Virus record (IMG/VR): IMGVR_UViG_3300037424_002394
Coordinates: 1 to 38,736 of that record
Strand: one strand, 5' to 3'
Source: a virus
Taxonomy: Duplodnaviria > Caudoviricetes
Length of the DNA stretch: 38,736 nucleotides
Within the stretch, counting starts at the first letter, position 1; each line of letters starts with the position of its first letter. The notes beneath the pieces were generated by a model that ran no database searches, was not told where the DNA came from, and saw only the letters and a program-made list of their open reading frames with translations. The position numbers and the translations under genes were made by a program. Positions 16,913 through 24,439 of this stretch are shown here, one piece after another.

Positions 16913-17275
16913 TCAATTCCCGTCGTTTTTTGATTTATCAATAAATGGCATTAGTTCTCTTGCAAGTTTTTCTATTGCTTCTTTTGTAGCCGGTTTAGTT
17001 TTGTTAATGACTAAAGTGAAACGATCATCAAATAAGGGTTTTAAAAATGGAAACAGCTTCTCCGCTAACTCGCGGTAAAATTTTTGATTCTGAGTTAATC
17101 TATCCCATCCGGCAACAAGTTTTTCTTGCTCGGATTCCCGGATTACTTGGAAGCAATCTTCTAAAGATTTTGGAGCGTAACCCTCGCAAGGAACTGTACT
17201 GTTGTCATCATAGCGCGTTACCGAATATGATATCTCATAACCGAGATCTTTTGTTTCAATAATAAATTTTGTCAT
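16913..17275 (-). CDS. Hypothetical protein between the repeats
   Basis: GGAG RBS before ATG 17275 (track start 17287). Confidence 0.6.
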   Translation of the reverse strand: MTKFIIETKDLGYEISYSVTRYDDNSTVPCEGYAPKSLEDCFQVIRESEQEKLVAGWDRLTQNQKFYRELAEKLFPFLKPLFDDRFTLVINKTKPATKEAIEKLARELMPFIDKSKNDGN

Positions 17276-17420
17276 AGGAGTCTCCATGAATAATGATTTA
17301 AGTTTACAAATGCATGCAAAGGAAGAAGCAAGCCGTTTAACAATTGGTGAGTTGAAAAAACGCCTTTCAAATTATCCTGATGATTGGCAGATAACTTTTT
17401 GCTATTCATTTACACCTAAC

Positions 17421-17787
17421 TATTCTTAACTTTTTAGATTATTTAGCGTAGATTCCGCGCTTTCTCCAAGCATCTTGGATTCGTTTGTGTTTATATTACT
17501 TCCGGGTTTTTTAAGAGATAATTCGTTTAATAGATCATTGATAACAGCAAGCCGCGCGGGCTTATTGCCGTTAAAGGCATCATAGATTACAGAGTTGCTG
17601 CAGTTAAATTTTTTCATCAGCTCTTTAACGTAATTTTTACGCCCGAAAACGACAATTGCACGCAGTCTCTCTTCTTCCGCGTTAAGAAGTTTGCCGCGCT
17701 CTACATATTGCTTAATAAGATCTGTGTTGTTAAATTGTATGTTCATATCATTCTTTGGGTTTTATAATTTTTTGCGAGGAATTGACG
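17421..17787. repeat. 367-bp direct repeat, copy 2
   Basis: Offset 877 bp from copy 1. Confidence 0.95.
17426..17746 (-). CDS. Cro-like HTH protein, copy 2
   Basis: Same HTH as copy 1; near the 5' end of the operon divergent from cI. Confidence 0.6.
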   Translation of the reverse strand: MNIQFNNTDLIKQYVERGKLLNAEEERLRAIVVFGRKNYVKELMKKFNCSNSVIYDAFNGNKPARLAVINDLLNELSLKKPGSNINTNESKMLGESAESTLNNLKS

Positions 17788-17788
17788 C

Positions 17789-18061
17789 ATGTTTGGTTTA
17801 AAAGACTTAAACGAACTGCTTGATAAAATGCCGCTCTGGAAAAGAGTTGCCCAATCTCCTGATAGAATTGATGAATTAACTAAAAGAATTGAATCACTTG
17901 AAAAAAGATTATCAGGCAGCGGAGATATTTGTAAAAAATGTAAACAGCCAACTTTTGAGTTGGTAGATGTTAAAGTTCTTGAAGAAATTCTCGGGCTTAA
18001 AAAATACATTTATAAATGCTCCAATTGTGGTTTTGAAGATTTCAAAACAAAAGAAGATTAA
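17789..18061 (+). CDS. Coiled-coil plus Zn-ribbon protein, opposite strand to the lytic operon
   Basis: GAGGA RBS; CKKC...CSNC motif; TATAAT at 17763-17768. Confidence 0.7.
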   Translation: MFGLKDLNELLDKMPLWKRVAQSPDRIDELTKRIESLEKRLSGSGDICKKCKQPTFELVDVKVLEEILGLKKYIYKCSNCGFEDFKTKED

Positions 18062-18249
18062 TATTCAATACGTTCCTGAATTATTGGTTCTAAAAATTTT
18101 TCAGAGCCGGTTTTCTGATCATAAATTTTGGGAAGCAATACTTCTAACTTGAGATCATGAGCAGATCGTATTAAGTCATTAAGATTAGCGATCGTTTCTC
18201 TAATCTTATCGGCAATTTCTTTTTTTGCGCTTGAAATATCTTTGTTCAT
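18058..18249 (-). CDS. Hypothetical protein, first gene of the lytic operon
   Basis: ATG 18249 after AGGGG and downstream of the 18284-18312 promoter; the track start 18312 lies in the -35 box. Confidence 0.55.
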   Translation of the reverse strand: MNKDISSAKKEIADKIRETIANLNDLIRSAHDLKLEVLLPKIYDQKTGSEKFLEPIIQERIEY

Positions 18250-18281
18250 TCTTTCAACCCCTAATATTATTCTTGCGGGTA

Positions 18282-18312
18282 GCAATATATAGGATTGCAT
18301 ACTTCTTGTCAA
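18282..18312 (-). promoter_or_regulatory. Lytic (PR-like) promoter TTGACA-17-TATATT with operator candidates
   Basis: -35 at 18312-18307 and -10 at 18289-18284. Palindrome GCAAT-N7-ATTGC at 18282-18298. TTGCATACTT occurs at 18295 and 18369. Confidence 0.75.
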
Positions 18313-18368
18313 GGAAAAATTCGCACTTGTCTATAAGTTATTGTTTTATAATAAAATAAAATTACGGG

Positions 18369-18842
18369 TTGCATACTTTGAAAACATTTGGAGTGAAATT
18401 AAAAGAGTTTGCTAAACAAAAGGGCGGCGTAAATCAGCTTGCTATGATTACTAATATTACCCAAACACAATTATCTCAATATATATCTGGGACCCGAGAG
18501 CCTGGTAAAGCCATTCTCGAAAAAATAAAAAAAGCCGGTTGCGATATGAACTGGCTTTTGAACAATGACGACGCCAGCCCGGCAGTTGTGCGCGAAAGCA
18601 ACGTTGATTATAAATTAATTACCGAAGTTGAAGCCCTAAGCAAAGAGCTTGCAAAATTAAAAGAAGAAGTAACGGCGTTAAAAGAAATGCACTCAGATCA
18701 AGCGCTGCTAATCCACAGCCTCAAAAAAGAAAATGAAAGTTTAACAGAAGAGAACAGGGTGTTACGGGTTCAATCGGAAAGCATCACAGCTGCTCATGTT
18801 AAAATTGATGTGGAAAAAAATAATAAGTTGAAAGCGAAATAA
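18369..18842 (+). CDS. CI-like repressor (XRE HTH plus coiled coil, no S24 peptidase domain)
   Basis: 'NQLAMITNITQTQLSQYISGTREPG..L..I...GCDMNWLL'; divergent from the lytic operon. Confidence 0.85.
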   Translation: MHTLKTFGVKLKEFAKQKGGVNQLAMITNITQTQLSQYISGTREPGKAILEKIKKAGCDMNWLLNNDDASPAVVRESNVDYKLITEVEALSKELAKLKEEVTALKEMHSDQALLIHSLKKENESLTEENRVLRVQSESITAAHVKIDVEKNNKLKAK

Positions 18843-18846
18843 TTAC

Positions 18847-18876
18847 TTGCCATTGTAAAGATAGTTTAAGTATATT
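18847..18876 (+). promoter_or_regulatory. Putative promoter TTGCCA-18-TATATT for the lipoprotein/integrase genes
   Basis: Same -10 hexamer as the two other promoters found. Confidence 0.45.
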
Positions 18877-18929
18877 TAAATCGAAGGGTAAAAAGTAATA
18901 ACCATATTAATTAAAAGAATGGTGATAAG

Positions 18930-19340
18930 ATGAGAAACACACGTCTTTTTATCGCTGCATTAGTTTTGTTTGCCGCATGTACAACCGAGCCTGAAGATAC
19001 TTTTGAAACAGAAACCCTTATCCACAATGCAGAACGAGTAATTAGTATAACCGTTGAGTATAAAAAAATAAACAACACCGCAACCTATGAGGCAGCCTTT
19101 AACCCCGGCACTTATTCAATGGGCGAAGATAAGTATGTAGACGGCGTTTTGGTCTCATCAAACAGCCCCTTCCCACAAATAACCGTAGACGTTCCTATTG
19201 GCTTTAGTACAATGCATTACCTCGAGGGGTTTAGTAAAAGTGTTGGTTTCAAAATTTATAACTACCAATATGATCCTAACGATTCAACTGTTGTAATTAA
19301 TAAAGAACTTTTAGCAGAGGCGAATATTTATAGAAGGTGA
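18930..19340 (+). CDS. Lipoprotein
   Basis: Signal peptide II 'MRNTRLFIAALVLFAA-C'. Confidence 0.75.
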   Translation: MRNTRLFIAALVLFAACTTEPEDTFETETLIHNAERVISITVEYKKINNTATYEAAFNPGTYSMGEDKYVDGVLVSSNSPFPQITVDVPIGFSTMHYLEGFSKSVGFKIYNYQYDPNDSTVVINKELLAEANIYRR

Positions 19341-19370
19341 ATTAACATTCCACATAAAAGGAGTATTAGA

Positions 19371-19817
19371 ATGAAAAATTTATTATTTGTTTTTTTAGTT
19401 TTGCTTTGGTCTTGTTCGGGCTTAGAGCTTATTACAGAAGAACAAAGAAATGTTGAGTTTATCGAGTCCCAAAATATAGGCAAAGATATTGCTTTCGATA
19501 AAGCGCTGGAATGGATTGCAATAAATTTCAACAGCGCAAACGATGTAATCCAATTGAAAGATAAAGAAACTGGAATTCTTGTTGTACAGGCAGTATTTAG
19601 TTACCCTTACGATATACTTGGATCAATTACGGAAACTGTAGGATACACAATGACGATAAGATTAAAAGAAGATAAAATCAAATTTGAATTTAAAACCAAG
19701 AATCTTCTTACGGGCTTTCCGCCTCAAAAAGGAGATTTGCAAAAAATAAATAATAATTATCTTACAATAAAAAACGAAATACTGACTGCCTTGAATAAAG
19801 AAGATACTGATTTTTAA
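19371..19817 (+). CDS. Lipoprotein, DUF4468-like
   Basis: 'LLWS-C' lipobox; 'EWIAINFNSANDVIQLKDKETGILV' matches the DUF4468-type pattern; AAGGAG RBS. Confidence 0.75.
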   Translation: MKNLLFVFLVLLWSCSGLELITEEQRNVEFIESQNIGKDIAFDKALEWIAINFNSANDVIQLKDKETGILVVQAVFSYPYDILGSITETVGYTMTIRLKEDKIKFEFKTKNLLTGFPPQKGDLQKINNNYLTIKNEILTALNKEDTDF

Positions 19818-19819
19818 TT

Positions 19820-20857
19820 ATGGCATTCCTCCGGAAGAAAGGTAAGTACTGGCAAATATGTTATTGGGATAATGATGCCAACAAGCAGCGCGAACGTACT
19901 ACCAAACAAACAAACGTACGCGCCGCCGAACTTAAGCTCAAAGAGTTTGTAGAAAAACATAATCCTAACCGGGTTTATATTCCGGCAAATAGTACTAAAA
20001 TAAATTTATCCGCAGCGTTAAAACTATATGTTGAGGATAGAAGAATTGAAGAAAATATTTCCCCCGCAACTGCGGTATCATATAAAAGAATAATCAATAG
20101 GTTTATTAATACACTGGGGGATAGAGAGGTAATAAAAATTACTCTGCCGGTTGTAAAAGAATATAATAAAATACTTCGCGAAGACGCCGTAAGCCAAACA
20201 ACATTTGCAACCTACAACAATCATTTTCATGCAGTATTTAATTGGTTAATAAAGAACGGATACTATCATTACGAGAACCCATTTACCCGGAGAAAACCCG
20301 AAGACAAAGAACCGCAAGCATTCCCCCCGGTTAAAAGAATTTTATTATTTGCCCGGCTTAAAAAAGATAAACGGTTTGAACAATACGCGGCTGTTGGACT
20401 TACATATTACTTTGCATTACGCATCGAAGAAACAGCTCAATTACTTTCTGAAAATTTTGATATGAAAAATATGATACTTGATCTAAGAAATAGAAAAGGC
20501 GTACGAGATGATACAATCCCTATTCTGGATGATGCATACAAATTTATTCAAACAATTAATCTTCCAAAAACCGGAAGATTGTTTCCTTCATATAAAAACA
20601 GCATAGCAATAGAAAGTTGGTGGAAACGATTACGGGTAACTTATGAAAAAAAATATAAAATGAATTTGGAATATAAGTTCCATAGTCTAAGAGCTGCCCG
20701 CGCAACGGACCTTCTTAACTCCGGCCATGATTTATATTTTGTGAAAGAATTCATGAGACATCGCGACATTAAAACAACACTTAAGCACTATACAAAGCGA
20801 AAAATAGATCTGCAAAGAATTGAAATGAATAAAAAAATAAAAACACGATTGAAGTAA
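19820..20857 (+). CDS. int: Tyrosine recombinase (phage integrase)
   Basis: N-terminal arm-binding strands, SAM-like domain, catalytic R ('ALRIEE'), K ('RKG'), 'HSLR' and 'RHRDIKTTLKHY'; adjacent to attP. Confidence 0.95.
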   Translation: MAFLRKKGKYWQICYWDNDANKQRERTTKQTNVRAAELKLKEFVEKHNPNRVYIPANSTKINLSAALKLYVEDRRIEENISPATAVSYKRIINRFINTLGDREVIKITLPVVKEYNKILREDAVSQTTFATYNNHFHAVFNWLIKNGYYHYENPFTRRKPEDKEPQAFPPVKRILLFARLKKDKRFEQYAAVGLTYYFALRIEETAQLLSENFDMKNMILDLRNRKGVRDDTIPILDDAYKFIQTINLPKTGRLFPSYKNSIAIESWWKRLRVTYEKKYKMNLEYKFHSLRAARATDLLNSGHDLYFVKEFMRHRDIKTTLKHYTKRKIDLQRIEMNKKIKTRLK

Positions 20858-20862
20858 TTACT

Positions 20863-20883
20863 CTGGAAGTATAACTGGAAATA
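20863..20883 (+). promoter_or_regulatory. Candidate integrase arm-type sites (left of core)
   Basis: CTGGAAGTA/CTGGAAATA in tandem; related to the TTATGGAAAAA pair on the other side. Confidence 0.5.
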
Positions 20884-20919
20884 ATTCGTTTATATTAAAT
20901 TAAGTAATTTTTTGAACCC

Positions 20920-20963
20920 ACTCTTAATCAATTGGTCGGGGGTTCGAGTCCCCCAGGGTGCAC
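20920..20963 (+). other. attP core: 3' half of tRNA-Lys(CUU)
   Basis: Anticodon loop CTCTTAA, T arm GGGGG-TTCGAGT-CCCCC and acceptor 3' strand AGGGTGCAC. No D arm or 5' half upstream. Confidence 0.9.
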
Positions 20964-20967
20964 TTTG

Positions 20968-21008
20968 AAAGCCCGATTATGTTTTATAATCGGGCTTTTT
21001 TGTTTTTT
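20968..21008 (+). terminator. Intrinsic terminator, possibly bidirectional
   Basis: 13-bp stem AAAGCCCGATTAT/ATAATCGGGCTTT, 5-nt loop and T tract, between convergent operons. Confidence 0.85.
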
Positions 21009-21033
21009 AATTGCTGTTCTTTTTTCTGCTTAT

Positions 21034-21085
21034 TGTCTATAGGCGTCTGTGGGCGTTCCGTGGTTATGGAAAAATTATGGAAAAA
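21034..21085 (+). promoter_or_regulatory. Candidate Xis sites and arm-type sites (right of core)
   Basis: 10-bp-period repeats TGTCTATAGG/CGTCTGTGGG/CGTTCCGTGG, then TTATGGAAAAA twice (21064, 21075). Confidence 0.45.
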
Positions 21086-21086
21086 T

Positions 21087-22244
21087 TTACCTTATTAACC
21101 CCCAGCGTTTGGGTAAGGTTACTGCCGGGGGTTCAGGCGGTTCCGGAATTATATAATTATCCAACAAATAAGGATAGCCGTCGTTTATCTCCGGATCAAT
21201 TGACCAGACCGTTGAAAAATCCCAACCTACGAAATTTTCTTCAATTTTCATTTCAGACGTTGTTTGTTTGTTTGCTTCAACACCAGTACCCGAAATTTTC
21301 ACCTCTGTAACTCCAAAATAAGATGTGTCTGCATAAGATGTTGAACCATTCGCAGCTTGATACCCCGAAAAAACATTATTGCCTGCGGGGTATTGATTAA
21401 ACGTAACCAACGATACTGAATAAATATTTGATATTGATCCTGAGCCAGAACCAAACGCGCCGCCTGATTCTATGAAAGATGCAGTTGTAGCCTTATCGAG
21501 AATATTACAATAAACAGTATAACAATTAAGAGCTGCCCCTGAATTAATAGCAGTGATACCACCTGCGTATGATGCGTTTCGGTTTGTTTCGATGTAACAA
21601 TTGTTAGAATATGACTTTTCTAAAGTTCCGGCATTCCATCCGATTATTCCCCCTATTGCCACTTGTGAGCTAGTACCTTTTGATATAAGAGTATCATTAA
21701 TAGCAGAACAATGAGCGACAACCCCTCCTGATATTCTTCCAATTATTGATCCGGCCGAATTTGCTTTATCTACAGCAAGTAAAGTAATTCGCGAATCACT
21801 TACAGATAAAGAATCATAAAAGCTTGTGAAAGCATATCCGATTACAATACCATTATATGATGTTGCTGTTGAAATGAATTCGATTTTTGAATTAGTAATT
21901 TTAAGATTCTTAACGGTGTCCGACGAGCCGTAACCAAATAAACCAGAATAAGTACGAAATGTTGTTATCACCAAAGAATCAATTGTATATCCATTTCCCC
22001 AAAATTGCCCCCCCCATGGAGCTCCTGAATTCAATCCTATTGGTACCCAATTATCTGTTACCTCTTTCATATTTACATTTGCTTGAAGCGAATATACTTT
22101 ACCCAAACCAATATATCTTATTGAATCAATGTCGGCAGCATTATATAACAAATAAGGATCAAGATGAGTTCCTGATCCCGAAATATCTTGAGCGGAAATT
22201 AATCCGCTCAAAATAAAAATAATTGCAAGTATTTTTTTTAACAT
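21087..22244 (-). CDS. Secreted GLUG-repeat/beta-helix adhesin-like protein, last gene of the tail module
   Basis: Signal peptide ..GLISA|Q, 'SGSGT..DPY', 'GNGYTI', repeated 'GG(I/L)(I/A)G' and 'WDFSTVW..NDGYPYL'. Confidence 0.75.
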   Translation of the reverse strand: MLKKILAIIFILSGLISAQDISGSGTHLDPYLLYNAADIDSIRYIGLGKVYSLQANVNMKEVTDNWVPIGLNSGAPWGGQFWGNGYTIDSLVITTFRTYSGLFGYGSSDTVKNLKITNSKIEFISTATSYNGIVIGYAFTSFYDSLSVSDSRITLLAVDKANSAGSIIGRISGGVVAHCSAINDTLISKGTSSQVAIGGIIGWNAGTLEKSYSNNCYIETNRNASYAGGITAINSGAALNCYTVYCNILDKATTASFIESGGAFGSGSGSISNIYSVSLVTFNQYPAGNNVFSGYQAANGSTSYADTSYFGVTEVKISGTGVEANKQTTSEMKIEENFVGWDFSTVWSIDPEINDGYPYLLDNYIIPEPPEPPAVTLPKRWGLIR

Positions 22245-22255
22245 TGTTCCCTCAT

Positions 22256-23287
22256 TTATGCTTGTAACACTTCGCCGTAATAGGTAACCGTACCTGTCTT
22301 AGAAACTGATCCTTGCTGCCCGTTTGGTGCAGTCCAGAAAATCTCTGCTTTTGTTTGATGCGTAACGGATGATGGACTCTTAGTCCCAGCATAGCTTCCT
22401 GTAAATGGATTATTTCCAAATACAGTTATCTGGTGACTATCAACTGACAGCTTTTTGTCTGTAATAGTACACCCACCTGTATTAATTATATTTGCAGATA
22501 ATAAAACACCATAAATAGGTTTGGTAGGCATTGGATCAATTGAAGATGATAAACTTAAGGTAGGTACACTATATTCTGGCGCATACGAAGCAGACGCATA
22601 AGCGTATCTAGTAAATCTTACAGTCACTCCAAATATAACTGTTTGGTATTCTAACTCTACTTTAACATTATAAGTAATTGGAGACGTTGAATCAGTATAA
22701 AGCTTACTAACTGCAAAATTAGCTCCATTCTGATACACTAGCTCCCAACCCGAACCTTTATCAACATAAATATACTTATTAAGTATACTAGCCCCATTAG
22801 CATTATAACTAGCAGAAATATTTAGGCTGTGGTTTGGATTACCAATCATTCTATCAACGCTAGCCGATACTGATAAATCTGGAATATTGACTGGTGATAA
22901 ATCAACACTCCATTGAGCATACCAACCTTTATGGCAAGTTATCCCCCCTTCGAGGAAATCTACATATATAGCTGCACTAAGCCTATAACCTGGGCCGAAC
23001 TCTAACCATCCTACGGGAGCTTGAGCGGCAAAATGTATCTTGTTATTTCCAAGATTGCTCAAGTAACACTCGATAGGATTTTGTTGCCCTGTGTTTTTTA
23101 CTGGATTATTATTTGCGTCTACTATATAAAAAACTACGTCGACTTTAATTATTTCCGTTAAATTGCCGATTTCTGGGTTTAAATAACCTTCTGTATGAGG
23201 AAAACATCCACCCCCATAATTTAGAACACTACCCTGTACTTCAGTTAAATAACTAGTTCCCATAAAATTACTCGTATTTACTTTCAT
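22256..23287 (-). CDS. Beta-rich putative receptor-binding/structural protein with two Ig/FN3-like repeats
   Basis: 'PDLSVSASVD..NGASILNK..VD' parallels 'PTLSLSSSID..GGCTITDK..VD'. Confidence 0.5.
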   Translation of the reverse strand: MKVNTSNFMGTSYLTEVQGSVLNYGGGCFPHTEGYLNPEIGNLTEIIKVDVVFYIVDANNNPVKNTGQQNPIECYLSNLGNNKIHFAAQAPVGWLEFGPGYRLSAAIYVDFLEGGITCHKGWYAQWSVDLSPVNIPDLSVSASVDRMIGNPNHSLNISASYNANGASILNKYIYVDKGSGWELVYQNGANFAVSKLYTDSTSPITYNVKVELEYQTVIFGVTVRFTRYAYASASYAPEYSVPTLSLSSSIDPMPTKPIYGVLLSANIINTGGCTITDKKLSVDSHQITVFGNNPFTGSYAGTKSPSSVTHQTKAEIFWTAPNGQQGSVSKTGTVTYYGEVLQA

Positions 23288-23307
23288 TTTTTACTCCTAT
23301 ATTTATG

Positions 23308-24411
23308 TTAGTTAGCACTTAATTTACTTTTCAAAACTACCATTGGCGATTTAAGAATAATGTCGTTGGGTTCGCTCACACCAGCTTTAACATGCACACG
23401 TGCGTACACAACCCATTTTATAGGAACGTTGTTAGTAAAGCTTGATATGGTTATTGTTTGCTCTCTAAAACCATTTACAGTAATTGCATCCTCAACATAA
23501 TTGCTCGCGTCACCAACCTGTGAACTATCCATTGATTGTATCTTTATTCCCAACGATCCGAAATCATAATCCAAGGCAGCAGCTTGAAGCTCAACATAAA
23601 CCCTTGTTTTAAGGGATACGTCTTGCGAATTTTTTATAAACGTTCCGGAGAACAATGAATCTATAAACACTGTTGAATCGGCTATCCCGGTTAATCTATA
23701 TTGAATTGAATCGGGCGTAGTGGATACTGTATCAACAGTGTCCTGTTGAGTACTGAAAGTCGGCGTAAATAAATAATGGTAATAATAAAGATTAGTTGGA
23801 GGTGTTGAAGCAAACGCGCCGCTAAAGGTCCAGTCACCGGCCGGGTTATAGTTGTCTGTTTCAATGGCCGCAATATCTGTTTCAATTGCTGCAATATCAT
23901 CAGCCGTTGCTACGCCTCCGCCGGTTGTATAATTAGCAATTGCCGTGAATACTGCAGATTGAAAGCCCGGAATATTTCCTGCGTATAAAATTTTTAAAGT
24001 ATCGCCGTCCATCCAAAAACCGGAGTTAACCGTATCAATAAAGAACGCGGTACTGTCTATCTTTTGAAAATTTAAAGACAATTGTTTCCGGTAAGCCTTT
24101 GTTGTATCGGTCCAAATCCATAACACTAAATTTGCAGTGGTACTATCAAGCTCCGGTATCGCAACGTCGGAAGTATCAAGATCTCCTGCGGTTAAATATT
24201 CTCCTGCCACAGGAAATAATACAAGCGCGGAATCAATAATTTCTCCTAAAATATTATTCCAGGTCATCTTTCGAGTACCGGCCGTAATTACAACTACAAA
24301 TAAATCGCTCTCTGTAATCGTAGTTGTTTCCGGAAGTTCTGAAATTTTCTGCGCGGTACACGAAATAACAAAACCAAAAAACAGCAAAATTATTATTAAT
24401 CCTTTTTTCAT
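23308..24411 (-). CDS. Tail-fibre-like protein with N-terminal signal peptide
   Basis: 'MKKGLIIILLFFGFVISCTA|QKISELPETTTITESDLFVVV..TRKMT' and coiled-coil 'DIAAIETDIAAIETD'; follows the tail-tip gene. Confidence 0.65.
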   Translation of the reverse strand: MKKGLIIILLFFGFVISCTAQKISELPETTTITESDLFVVVITAGTRKMTWNNILGEIIDSALVLFPVAGEYLTAGDLDTSDVAIPELDSTTANLVLWIWTDTTKAYRKQLSLNFQKIDSTAFFIDTVNSGFWMDGDTLKILYAGNIPGFQSAVFTAIANYTTGGGVATADDIAAIETDIAAIETDNYNPAGDWTFSGAFASTPPTNLYYYHYLFTPTFSTQQDTVDTVSTTPDSIQYRLTGIADSTVFIDSLFSGTFIKNSQDVSLKTRVYVELQAAALDYDFGSLGIKIQSMDSSQVGDASNYVEDAITVNGFREQTITISSFTNNVPIKWVVYARVHVKAGVSEPNDIILKSPMVVLKSKLSAN

Positions 24412-24439
24412 TTTTCCCCCTTACCCAAATTTTATGGGC

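Noticed and set aside
16544-17787. Diversity-generating retroelement TR/VR pair
   Set aside because: Mismatches are not adenine-specific on either strand, both copies are whole genes, and no reverse transcriptase is encoded.
19820-20857. Integron integrase acting on the attC-like site
   Set aside because: It has an arm-binding N-terminus, sits beside a tRNA attP and shows no IntI-specific insertion.
20920-20963. Functional tRNA-Lys gene
   Set aside because: The 5' acceptor strand and D arm are missing; it is an attP core.
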